Below are positions 44,882-59,662 of a stretch of DNA of 64,000 bases, in pieces. The translations under genes and the position numbers were made by a program. The notes beneath the pieces are model-generated. The model saw only the letters and a program-made list of their open reading frames with translations. It searched no databases and had not been told where the DNA came from. Origin of the DNA: an uncultured Pseudomonadota bacterium (GTDB lineage Bacteria > Pseudomonadota > Gammaproteobacteria > Burkholderiales > SG8-39); assembly GCA_937907425.1 (NCBI GenBank), contig CALCIE010000075.1:2897-66896 (forward strand), given 5' to 3'. Positions within the stretch are counted from its first letter, which is position 1; every line of letters begins with the position of its first letter.

Positions 44882-45628
44882 TCAAGCATTGCGTTGCTGC
44901 CGTTCGCGCCGGCGCATTTCGTCGACCAGCAGCCAGCGGCTGCGCCGTACGCCCAGCGCGCGGATCTGCCCGTCTTCCATCCGCACCAGCCGGTCGGCCT
45001 TCGCCATCACCTTCTTGTCGTGTGTGGAAAAGATGAACGTGGTGCCGAAGCGCTGGTTGATGTCCTTCATCAGCGCCAGGATGCCCTCGCCGGTCCTGTG
45101 GTCCAGGTTGGCGGTGGGCTCGTCCGCCAGCACGAGTTTGGGATGGGTCGCCAGCGCGCGGGCGATGGCCACGCGCTGGCGCTGTCCGCCCGAAAGCTGA
45201 TTGGGCCGGTGATCGGCGAACTTGGAAAGCTGCACCACGTCGAGGAAATGTTCGACCCGCTTGCGCCGCTCTTCGCGCGACAATTCCTTAAGTTGCAGGA
45301 GCGGGTACTCCACGTTCTCGCGCGCGGTGAGCACCGGCAGCAGATTGAAGGTCTGGAACACGAAGCCGATGGTGCGGGCGCGCAGCTCGGCCAGCTCGTC
45401 CGGCGTGCGGCCGCTCACATCCTGGCCGTCGATAAGGATTTTTCCGCTGGTCGGCGTGTCAATGCAGCCGATGAGATTCAAAAGCGTGGACTTGCCGCTG
45501 CCCGAGGGCCCGGCGATTGCGAGGAACACCCCGGCCTCGATGCTGAGGCTGACATTGCGCAGCGCCTGCACCCGCTGCTCGCCGAGCAGATAATCCTTGG
45601 AAACGTTTTCCACCCGCACCAGTGACAT
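44882..45628 (-). CDS. ABC transporter ATP-binding protein (LolD/MacB-NBD-like)
   Basis: Walker A GPSGSGKST, Q-loop, signature LSGGQRQRVAIARAL, Walker B LVLADEPT. Lies 15 nt upstream of the beta-barrel gene. Confidence 0.9.
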   Translation of the reverse strand: MSLVRVENVSKDYLLGEQRVQALRNVSLSIEAGVFLAIAGPSGSGKSTLLNLIGCIDTPTSGKILIDGQDVSGRTPDELAELRARTIGFVFQTFNLLPVLTARENVEYPLLQLKELSREERRKRVEHFLDVVQLSKFADHRPNQLSGGQRQRVAIARALATHPKLVLADEPTANLDHRTGEGILALMKDINQRFGTTFIFSTHDKKVMAKADRLVRMEDGQIRALGVRRSRWLLVDEMRRRERQQRNA

Positions 45629-45663
45629 GACTTGCTTCTCAAAGCTCGAACGGATTGAACACG

Positions 45664-46413
45664 ATGCGAATCGCTGAACTGCTCGCCGCCGGCCTGGCGG
45701 CCCTCGCTTTCGCCGCCGGCGCCCATGCCGCCCAGGAACCGCCCGATGCCGCCGCCATCGTCAGGAAAGCCGATGAGGTGCGCTTCCCGGACCACGGCTT
45801 CGAGGTGGAGGTCGACATCGAATCGCAGCTCGCCGACGGCAGGACCGAGTCACGCAAGTACAAAGTGCTGTCCAAGGGCAACGAGAACACGCTGGTCATG
45901 GTGGTGGAACCGGCTTCGGAACGCGGCCAGATCCTGCTGATGAAAGGCCGCGATCTGTGGATCTTCCTGCCCAACGTCTCGCAACCTGTACGCATCGGTC
46001 TCGCTCAACGGCTCACCGGCCAGGTCGCCAACGGTGACCTGGCGCGCGCCAACTTCGCCGGCGACTACACGCCCAAATTGCTGCGCACCGAGGACATCGA
46101 CGGCGAGCCGCATTACGTGCTCGAGCTCACGGCCGTCGACCGCGGTGTGACCTACGGCAAGGTGATGTACTGGGTACGCGCATCCAACTACTGGCCGCAC
46201 AAGGCGGAGTTCTATTCTTTGTCGGGCCGGCTGCTGAAGACGGCGCACTATCGCGGCTACCAGCAAATGGCGGGCCGGATGCGCCCGACCCAACTGCTCA
46301 TGGAAGACGCGTTGCGCAAAGGCGAGCGCAGTACGCTCGAATACCGCAACATGAAGCCGCGCGACCTGCCGGACAAGGTCTTCACCAAGGATTACCTCAA
46401 ACGCCTGCAATGA
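45664..46413 (+). CDS. periplasmic LolA-like 'outer membrane lipoprotein-sorting' family protein
   Basis: ATG 45664 (track begins at TTG 45655). Signal peptide MRIAELLAAGLAALAFAAGAHA. About 225-aa beta-rich mature domain of the kind annotated LolA_like next to FtsX-type ABC systems. Assignment is from memory of that family. Confidence 0.65.
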   Translation: MRIAELLAAGLAALAFAAGAHAAQEPPDAAAIVRKADEVRFPDHGFEVEVDIESQLADGRTESRKYKVLSKGNENTLVMVVEPASERGQILLMKGRDLWIFLPNVSQPVRIGLAQRLTGQVANGDLARANFAGDYTPKLLRTEDIDGEPHYVLELTAVDRGVTYGKVMYWVRASNYWPHKAEFYSLSGRLLKTAHYRGYQQMAGRMRPTQLLMEDALRKGERSTLEYRNMKPRDLPDKVFTKDYLKRLQ

Positions 46414-46416
46414 GCT

Positions 46417-47286
46417 TCAGCCGTCGCGGTTGCGCGCAGCATCCAGTTCGCGCAGCCGGCGCAGGATGCCGCGCTCCTCCTCGGGCGAAAAGCCGAAGGG
46501 ATACAGCGAACGCACGCTGCCGGCCAGTTCCGCCTTGCCGCCGTAACGCGCGATGCCCTCCGCGATGGTTTCGAACGCTACGCACAACAGCACGGCGGGC
46601 GCGTTCACGCGCCTGTTGATGCGCTCCGGCCCGATCTGTTCGAAACCCAGCGCCCGTTCGTAGAAGCCGACGTGGCGCGGATTCACCTCGATCACCGCAT
46701 GGTCGTATCCCCGCACCACCGAGGCATAGAGATAGGCGGTGTGAAAGAGCCCCGCCAGCACCGGTTTGCTGGCCGTGCGCACGTCGACCGCGAGGCGGGT
46801 GAATTCGCAGATGCGCCAGCCGCGCCGCCGCAACGCGTCCAGTTCCTCGCGATAGAGCTCGTCGGCGGACAGTCCGCGCGGCGAATCGAGGCGGATGCTC
46901 ACGGTGCCGACCACCGCGCCGTCGTCGTAGGCCAGGAAGGAATAGAGATCGGGATCGCTGGGAATGCCCGGAACGATATAGCCGCGGTCGCTGTAGCGGC
47001 GGCTCACCAGAGTGCTCGCTTCGCGCCGGAAACCGGCGGATTTGGCCAGACGGATCTTGAACGCCGGCTGCGTATCGCTTTCGTCCGGGAACTCGCTCTG
47101 ACCGGCTTCCGGCAGCGTCAGATTGCGGAAGCGGCGCGCGGGAAGCTCCGGGGCCGCGAACACGGTTACGCCGCTTCGTTCGGCGGCCGGCGGTACGGAT
47201 TCGCCGCCGTGCGCGGACGCATCGTTGCGCGCCTGCGCACCCTTGCCACGCCTGGCGCCGAACCACCTGAGCAGTTTTTCTTTCAT
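46417..47286 (-). CDS. FeeM-type long-chain N-acyl amino acid synthase paralogue (NAS-B)
   Basis: ATG 47286 (MKEKLLRWFG...). Blocks LVSRRYSDRGY, GTVSIRLDSPRGLSADELY, CEFTRLAVD, VIEVNPRHVGFYERALGF, VNAPAVLL align with NAS-A. Has about 85 extra N-terminal residues. The track start 47427 adds Arg-rich sequence that is not protein-like. Confidence 0.7.
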   Translation of the reverse strand: MKEKLLRWFGARRGKGAQARNDASAHGGESVPPAAERSGVTVFAAPELPARRFRNLTLPEAGQSEFPDESDTQPAFKIRLAKSAGFRREASTLVSRRYSDRGYIVPGIPSDPDLYSFLAYDDGAVVGTVSIRLDSPRGLSADELYREELDALRRRGWRICEFTRLAVDVRTASKPVLAGLFHTAYLYASVVRGYDHAVIEVNPRHVGFYERALGFEQIGPERINRRVNAPAVLLCVAFETIAEGIARYGGKAELAGSVRSLYPFGFSPEEERGILRRLRELDAARNRDG

Positions 47287-47460
47287 CTGGAGGCGCACTC
47301 CGCCCAAGGTTGACCGGGCCGGCGCCGCTGCGGACGCGTGGGACACCGGACCGTACCGGCTTGGCTGAAGCAAGCAACCGGCCGACCCGAAGCGGCGCAA
47401 GTGCGGGGCTCGCCGGCTGTGCGGCACGCACGAGGCGCTGCGCCCCGCCCGGCCGACCGC

Positions 47461-48897
47461 TCAAGCCTCGTTGCCGTCGGCATCGAGGGGCAGCAGAAAG
47501 CTGAAACGCGCCCCCTGGTTCGGCGCGCCTTCGGCCCGGACCCGGCCGCCGTGCCGGTCGACGATCCTTTTCACGATCGCCAGGCCGACCCCCGTTCCGG
47601 GAAACTCCTGGCCCTGATGCAGGCGCTGAAACACCTCGAACAGTTTGCCGGCGTAACGCATGTCGAACCCCACGCCGTTGTCTTCGATGGTGTATGCCGC
47701 CCAGCCGTCGTCCTGCACGCCGCCGAAGATGCGGATCACCGGCTGTTCCGCCTTGCCGGAGTATTTCAACGCATTGTCGATGAGGTTCGCCCACACCTGA
47801 CGCAACAACGCTGCGTCGCCGAAGGCCTGCGGCAGATCGCCGACTTCGAAACGCGCCCGCAGGGTGTCGCGCGAATCGGCGCGGAAAGCGGCGATCACCT
47901 CTTCCACCAATGCCTTCATGTCGACGGGCTCGCGATGCAGCGCCTGACGGCCCACGCGCGAAAAGGCGAGCAGATCGTCGATGAGCCGGCCCATGCGCTC
48001 GGCGTTGCCGCGCACCACGCCGAGCAGGCGGCGTCCTTCGGCATCGAGCGCCGCGCCGTACTCTTCCTCGAGGATATGCGCGAAGCTCGAAATCGCGCGG
48101 ACCGGCGCGCGCAGATCGTGCGAAACGGAATAGGAGAAGTCCTCCAATTCCTTGTTGATCGCCTGCAACGCCTCGGCGCGCTTTTCAAGGGCGCGGTTGA
48201 GATCCATCACCCGGCGCTGGATCGCCCGGTGCGCCCGCGCGGTGCGATCGAGATACATGAGCGCCAGGATCAGAACGAGCAGGCAGATGCCGAAACCGGC
48301 GACGATGAGCGTCTGCAAGGATGCAGCCGCGGCCTCCGCCTCGGTCTGGTTGCGTCGCAAGCGCTCGCGCTCGGCATCGGCCAGCGCCGTCAGCAGCTCG
48401 CCGATGCCCGCCAGACGCAACGCCGACGCCCGCTCCTCGTCCGAGGCCGGGCCGCTGCCCGCGCGCGCACCGGCGCGCAACCCGGCGAGATCGTCCTGCA
48501 TGAGCCGGTCGAGGCTCAACAGTCGTACGCGTTGTTCGGCGCCGTCTATCGCCACTTCGAGCTGCGCCATGCGCGCGCCCGTCTCGCGGACCGCCGCTTC
48601 GAATTGCGCCAGGCTGGAGGGATCGCCCGCGGATGCGTACGCCTCCCAGGCGCCACGGGCGCGCCGATGCGCCGCCGACGCCTCCTGCAGCTGCACGAGC
48701 GCATCGTGCGCCTGCACGATCGCCCGCAGGCGTTCCTGTTGTCTCAGGACACCCTGATAACAAAGGCCGGCGACGAGCGCCAGCACCACGAGCGCGCCGG
48801 CGATGGCCGCGGTGGCAACCCGGCGTTGCAGCGCGGACGTGCCGTCCGCGCCTGAAACGCGTTCCGTAGACCGGCCACTCAACTGCAGCGCTTTCAT
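47461..48897 (-). CDS. two-TM sensor histidine kinase (periplasmic helical sensor, CHASE3-like)
   Basis: TM1 VATAAIAGALVVLALVAGLCY, about 150-aa periplasmic helical region, TM2 LIVAGFGICLLVLILALMYL. H-box FSYSVSHDLRAP, N-box NLIDNALKY, G-boxes DNGVGF and GTGVGLAI. No response regulator adjacent. Confidence 0.85.
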   Translation of the reverse strand: MKALQLSGRSTERVSGADGTSALQRRVATAAIAGALVVLALVAGLCYQGVLRQQERLRAIVQAHDALVQLQEASAAHRRARGAWEAYASAGDPSSLAQFEAAVRETGARMAQLEVAIDGAEQRVRLLSLDRLMQDDLAGLRAGARAGSGPASDEERASALRLAGIGELLTALADAERERLRRNQTEAEAAAASLQTLIVAGFGICLLVLILALMYLDRTARAHRAIQRRVMDLNRALEKRAEALQAINKELEDFSYSVSHDLRAPVRAISSFAHILEEEYGAALDAEGRRLLGVVRGNAERMGRLIDDLLAFSRVGRQALHREPVDMKALVEEVIAAFRADSRDTLRARFEVGDLPQAFGDAALLRQVWANLIDNALKYSGKAEQPVIRIFGGVQDDGWAAYTIEDNGVGFDMRYAGKLFEVFQRLHQGQEFPGTGVGLAIVKRIVDRHGGRVRAEGAPNQGARFSFLLPLDADGNEA

Positions 48898-49210
48898 TGC
48901 ATCCGCGACGATCGAGGCTCCCGGATACGCGGCGCCCGGCGGTGGACGCTGAACGCCGCGGCGTCGCCCTCCCGGCCGGGGGATGGGAATCGAACCAGGC
49001 CGACAGACCGCCGCTCACGAACGCCGCGATACTGTGGCGCTTGGCAACTGAAGCAACTATGGTGCCCTGGACATAACCGCGCGGGCCTGCATCGGTCCGT
49101 CAGGTCGACTCGCCACCGCCGCCTTCGCCTGAAAACGGAAAAGCGCCCGCTCCGACGGCAAAGGACGCCCCTTGTGGTGGTAATGCGCGCCGCGCCGCCG
49201 GGCGCGTCGC

Positions 49211-49240
49211 TCAAAGGGAAGCCGCCTCGAACGAGGCGGC
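49211..49240 (-). terminator. hairpin terminator downstream of glmS
   Basis: GCCGCCTCG-(AA)-CGAGGCGGC (49221-49240). On the minus strand it is followed by TTCCCTTTGA. Confidence 0.5.
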
Positions 49241-49287
49241 CGACTCGCTGGAACGCCGTTACAAAGAGAGCCGCGGCGAGCGGCGGG

Positions 49288-51114
<1,827 letters not shown>

Positions 51115-51170
51115 GTCTACACCGTCACTGAGAATGCTGCTTGTACGGGACCCGTCCCATCCGCGGACGA

Positions 51171-52532
51171 TCACTTCGGCGTCTTGGTCGGCCGCTTCCA
51201 ATTCGCGATCGATACCTGCCGCACGCGCGACAGGGTCAGCTGTTCCGCCGGCGCATCCTTGGTGAGGGTCGTGCCGGCCGCAAGGGTCGCGCCGCGGCCC
51301 ACGCGCACGGGCGCGATGAGCTGCGTGTCGGAGCCGATGAACACGTCGTCCTCGATCACGGTGCGATGCTTGTTCGCGCCGTCGTAGTTGCAGGTGATGG
51401 TGCCCGCACCGACGTTGACGTTGCGCCCCACTTCGCTGTCGCCGATGTAGCTGAGGTGGTTCGCCTTGGAATGGGCACCGATGGAGCTCGCCTTCACTTC
51501 GCAGAAATTGCCGATGTGCACCGACTCGGCGAGCTGCGTTTGCGGCCGCAGGCGCGCATAAGGTCCGATCCGGCAGTTGGCTCCGATGTCGGCGCCGTCG
51601 AGATGACAGAAGGCCTCGATGCGCGTATCGGCTGCGATGCGGACGTTGCGCAACACGCAGTTCGGGCCCACGTATACGCGGTCGCCCAGGACCACTTCGC
51701 CTTCGAACACGCAGTTGACGTCGATGTGGACGTCGCGCCCGCAGGCGAGCGACCCGCGCACGTCGAGGCGCGCCGGGTCGGCGAGCGTGGCGCCCTGCTC
51801 CAGCAACTGCGCGGCGATGTTGCGCTGATGGATGCGCTCCAGCTCGGCGAGCTGGGCCTTGCTGTTGACGCCGAGCGTCTCCCAGACGGCGCCGGGCTGA
51901 AAGGCGCGCACTTCCACGCCCTCCGCCACCGCCCGCGCGATGATGTCGGTGAGGTAGTACTCGCCCTGCGCGTTGTCGTTCTGGAGCGAGCCGACCCAGG
52001 CGGCGAGCCGCCGGGTGGGCAGGGCCATGATGCCCGTGTTCACTTCGCGCACACGCAGCTGCTCGGGCGTGGCGTCCTTGTGTTCGACGATGCGCAGCAC
52101 GCGGCCGTCGTCGGCGCGTACGATGCGGCCGTAGCCGGCGGGATCGTCGAGCTCCACGGTCAGCAGGGCCAACGACCCTTGTGCGGCCGCCTCGAGCAGC
52201 GGCTTCAAGGTCTCCGCCCGGATGAGCGGCACGTCGCCGTAGAGCACCAGGGTCGGCCCGTCCGGATCGAGATGCGGCAGCGCCTGCTGCACTGCGTGCC
52301 CCGTGCCGAGCTGCGGCTCCTGCAACACCCATTGCACGGCGGCGTCGGCGAAAGCCTCGCGCACCGTTTCGCCGCCGTGACCGTACACCACGCAGATGCG
52401 CCGCGGCGCGAGCGTCTGCGCCGTGGCGAGGACGTGGGCGAGCAGCGGACGGCCGCCGAGTTCGTGCAGCACCTTGGGCCGGTCGGAATGCATGCGCTTG
52501 CCCTGACCGGCGGCGAGAATGACAATGTTCAT
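51171..52532 (-). CDS. glmU: bifunctional UDP-GlcNAc pyrophosphorylase / GlcN-1-P N-acetyltransferase
   Basis: ATG 52532 gives [23 protein letters not shown]... C-terminal left-handed beta-helix hexapeptide repeats. 453 aa. Confidence 0.95.
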   Translation of the reverse strand: MNIVILAAGQGKRMHSDRPKVLHELGGRPLLAHVLATAQTLAPRRICVVYGHGGETVREAFADAAVQWVLQEPQLGTGHAVQQALPHLDPDGPTLVLYGDVPLIRAETLKPLLEAAAQGSLALLTVELDDPAGYGRIVRADDGRVLRIVEHKDATPEQLRVREVNTGIMALPTRRLAAWVGSLQNDNAQGEYYLTDIIARAVAEGVEVRAFQPGAVWETLGVNSKAQLAELERIHQRNIAAQLLEQGATLADPARLDVRGSLACGRDVHIDVNCVFEGEVVLGDRVYVGPNCVLRNVRIAADTRIEAFCHLDGADIGANCRIGPYARLRPQTQLAESVHIGNFCEVKASSIGAHSKANHLSYIGDSEVGRNVNVGAGTITCNYDGANKHRTVIEDDVFIGSDTQLIAPVRVGRGATLAAGTTLTKDAPAEQLTLSRVRQVSIANWKRPTKTPK

Positions 52533-52689
52533 CGACGCGATTTTCTGGTGGAAGGAGTCGGTACTGGCGACGCGCCGATGGTACACGCGGTTCTTCGCGG
52601 CTTCCAGCCGAGGGACTGCGGCATGCGCGTTGCCTCATCCGGGACGAAACGTCCCGCCGTACAACCCGCCGACATGCCGGAGGTCAGCC

Positions 52690-53247
52690 ATGGCCGCATT
52701 ACCCGTGCAGCACCTGCTCGCAGCCTGCGCCGTAAGTGTGCTCAGTTTGGGCTTCGCTGCATCGGCCGGTGCAGAAATTTACAAATGGACCGACGAGCGC
52801 GGCGTCGTGCATTACAGCAACAGCCGTCCCGCCGCGGTGCAGAAGATCGAGCGTGTGTCCGATGACCGCTTGAGCGTGGTGGAGATGCGCAAGCCCTCGG
52901 CCGAGGAAGTACGCGCATTGAACGAGCGCCTGACCAACCGGCGCATCCGTCAATTGGAAGAGGCTTTGTACGCCGCCCGGCAGGCGCCGGCCGTCGCCTA
53001 CGCATCGCCTGCGGAAAGCGCGCCGGTCTATTACCCGGCCGGCGGCTATTACTGGGGTTCGGCGCATCCGCCCGTGGGCGAGATCCTCATCGATCGCAAC
53101 CTCGACGAGCGGGGCCGCAGCCGGCATACCCGCATCCAGCTCCTGCCGCGCTACCGGATCGGGCCCGGCCCTTACGGCATCGGCGGCCAAGCCATTCCGG
53201 TCCAGCCGCGCGAACCCAGGCACTTCCTGTCGCGCTCGCTGCGCTAG
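52690..53247 (+). CDS. DUF4124 domain protein (secreted)
   Basis: GGAGG RBS before ATG 52690. Signal peptide. EIYKWTDERGVVHYSN is the DUF4124 signature. Confidence 0.65.
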   Translation: MAALPVQHLLAACAVSVLSLGFAASAGAEIYKWTDERGVVHYSNSRPAAVQKIERVSDDRLSVVEMRKPSAEEVRALNERLTNRRIRQLEEALYAARQAPAVAYASPAESAPVYYPAGGYYWGSAHPPVGEILIDRNLDERGRSRHTRIQLLPRYRIGPGPYGIGGQAIPVQPREPRHFLSRSLR

Positions 53248-53252
53248 CGGCT

Positions 53253-54701
53253 TCAGCGCGGCAGCAGGGACGAGCCCATCAGGTATTCGTCCACCGCCCG
53301 CGCGCACTGGCGACCTTCGCGGATCGCCCAGACGACGAGCGACTGGCCGCGCCGCATATCGCCCGCGGCGAAGACCTTGGGATGGGAGGTCTGGTAGCAG
53401 CCGGGACCGTCGGTGGAAGCGCGCACGTTGCCGCGCGGATCTTTCTCCACGCCGGCCTGTTCGAGCAGGCCCGTCTGCACCGGACCCACGAAACCCATCG
53501 CGAACAGCACCAAGTCGGCGGGGATCTCGAATTCGCTGCCCGGAATCTCGCTCATTTTCATCTGGCCGGTGGCTTCGTCGCGCTTCCATTCGACGCGCGC
53601 GGCGACCAGCGCCTTGACCTTGCCGTTCTCGCCCCTGAAGGCCTTGGTCGTCACCGCCCAGTCGCGCTGCACGCCTTCTTCATGCGAGGACGAGGTGCGC
53701 AGCTTGAGCGGCCAGTACGGCCAGGTGAGCTCCTTGTTCTCGTGCACGGGCGGCTGCGGCAGCAGTTCGAGCTGGGTCACCGACTTGGCGCCCTGGCGGT
53801 TCGAGGTGCCCACGCAGTCGGAGCCGGTGTCGCCGCCGCCGATCACGACCACGTGCTTGCCGGTGGCGGTGATCTGTCCCGGCACCGGATCGCCCGCCAC
53901 CACCTTGTTCTGCTGGGCGAGGAATTCCATCGCGAAATGGATGCCATCCAGCTCGCGGCCGGGCACCGGCAGGTCGCGCGGCTGTTCGGCGCCGCCGGCG
54001 AGCACGACGGCGTCGTACTCGTCGAGCAGACGCGCGAACGGCAGGTCGCGGCCCACGTTCACGCCAGTACGGAACTGCACACCCTCTTCCTGCATCTGCG
54101 CCACGCGGCGGTCGATGTGGTGCTTTTCGAGTTTGAAGTCGGGAATGCCGTAACGCAGCAGCCCGCCCACGCGGTCGGCTTTCTCGTACACCACCACGTC
54201 ATGGCCGGCGCGCGCGAGCTGTTGCGCGGCGGCGAGGCCCGCGGGACCCGAACCGACGACGGCGACGCGCTTGCCGGTCTTGTGCTTGGGCGGCTGCGGC
54301 CGCACCCAGCCCATCTCCCAGGCCTTGTCGATGATGGCGTGCTCGATGGACTTGATCCCGACCGGATCGTCGTTGATGTTCAGCGTACAGGCCGCCTCGC
54401 AGGGCGCCGGGCACACACGGCCGGTGAACTCGGGGAAGTTGTTGGTGGAATGGAGGACCTCGATCGCCTCCTGCCACTTGCCGTTGTAAACGAGGTCGTT
54501 CCAGTCCGGGATGATGTTGTGGACCGGGCAGCCGTTGGTGCAGAACGGGATGCCGCAATCCATGCAGCGCGCCCCCTGCACCTTGGCTTCCTCGTCGCTC
54601 AGGCGCAGCACGAACTCGCGGTAATGCTTGACCCGTTCGCTCGGCGGTTCGGTCGCTTCCTGCAACCGCTGGAATTCCATGAACCCGGTGATCTTGCCCA
54701 T
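53253..54701 (-). CDS. gltD: glutamate synthase small (beta) subunit
   Basis: [30 protein letters not shown]... Fe-S Cys clusters ([18 protein letters not shown]). FAD/NADPH folds [14 protein letters not shown] and [13 protein letters not shown]. Confidence 0.95.
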   Translation of the reverse strand: MGKITGFMEFQRLQEATEPPSERVKHYREFVLRLSDEEAKVQGARCMDCGIPFCTNGCPVHNIIPDWNDLVYNGKWQEAIEVLHSTNNFPEFTGRVCPAPCEAACTLNINDDPVGIKSIEHAIIDKAWEMGWVRPQPPKHKTGKRVAVVGSGPAGLAAAQQLARAGHDVVVYEKADRVGGLLRYGIPDFKLEKHHIDRRVAQMQEEGVQFRTGVNVGRDLPFARLLDEYDAVVLAGGAEQPRDLPVPGRELDGIHFAMEFLAQQNKVVAGDPVPGQITATGKHVVVIGGGDTGSDCVGTSNRQGAKSVTQLELLPQPPVHENKELTWPYWPLKLRTSSSHEEGVQRDWAVTTKAFRGENGKVKALVAARVEWKRDEATGQMKMSEIPGSEFEIPADLVLFAMGFVGPVQTGLLEQAGVEKDPRGNVRASTDGPGCYQTSHPKVFAAGDMRRGQSLVVWAIREGRQCARAVDEYLMGSSLLPR

Positions 54702-54790
54702 CGCTGTTTACGTCCTGTTGTCCGGCACCGGGCGCAGCATCCGTCGAGCGTACGGATACGCGCCCGATCCCATCGAAATACTCTCGGTGA

Positions 54791-59443
<4,653 letters not shown>

Positions 59444-59537
59444 AATCACTTCCTCGTTCCAGGGGCCCCGCCGGGGACCCGTCAGTGCAAGCGCGCACCA
59501 GGACGAACGGCGCTCGCCCTTCGGCGCGGGGGGAACG

Positions 59538-59566
59538 ACTATACGCTTCGCATCCCCCGCACTCAA
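59538..59566 (-). promoter_or_regulatory. candidate sigma-70 promoter of gltBD
   Basis: Minus strand TTGAGT (59566-59561), 17 nt, TATAGT (59543-59538). The -10 lies about 95 nt upstream of the gltB start. Confidence 0.4.
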
Positions 59567-59591
59567 GAACGAATTCACTCGAAGTTGTCAA

Positions 59592-59662
59592 TGCCCAGAA
59601 ATGGTGCGGGTCTGAGGCCGATTTCACCGAAATGGTGCAGCTCAATTCACCGAGTTGGTGCA
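59592..59662. promoter_or_regulatory. three tandem NtrC-type dyads (TGCACCA-N3-TGGTGCA-like) upstream of gltB
   Basis: TGCCCAGAAATGGTGCG (59592-59608), TTCACCGAAATGGTGCA (59623-59639), TTCACCGAGTTGGTGCA (59646-59662). The last two match 12 of 14 specified consensus positions, with centres 23 bp apart. The last site lies within the final codons of aroB. Confidence 0.4.

Noticed and set aside
47287-47427. Longer N-terminus for NAS-B (track start 47427)
   Set aside because: The added residues (MPHSRRAPHLRRFGSAGCLL...) are not protein-like. ATG 47286 has a GGAG upstream and begins a plausible sequence. The start remains uncertain.
48981-49000. tRNA-like T-loop (GGTTCGATTCC, minus strand)
   Set aside because: The flanking 5-nt arms do not pair (CCTGG versus CCCAT). 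No acceptor stem or anticodon arm could be built. It is reported only as a possible relic in the findings.
48894-49214. 106-aa minus ORF immediately upstream of the sensor kinase
   Set aside because: Extremely Arg-rich (RRRRRWR, RRSGR) with no RBS and no recognisable fold. It is most likely non-coding spacer.
52641-52655. Perfect small palindrome GGGACG-AAA-CGTCCC in the glmU / DUF4124 divergent spacer
   Set aside because: It is too short to interpret (6-bp stem). No U-tract, no repeat elsewhere in the window. It could be chance at this GC content.
59486-59500. sigma-54-like element TGGTGC-GCGC-TTGCA on the minus strand upstream of gltB
   Set aside because: The GG-to-GC spacing is 9 nt instead of the invariant 10, so it is not a functional -24/-12 promoter by sequence.
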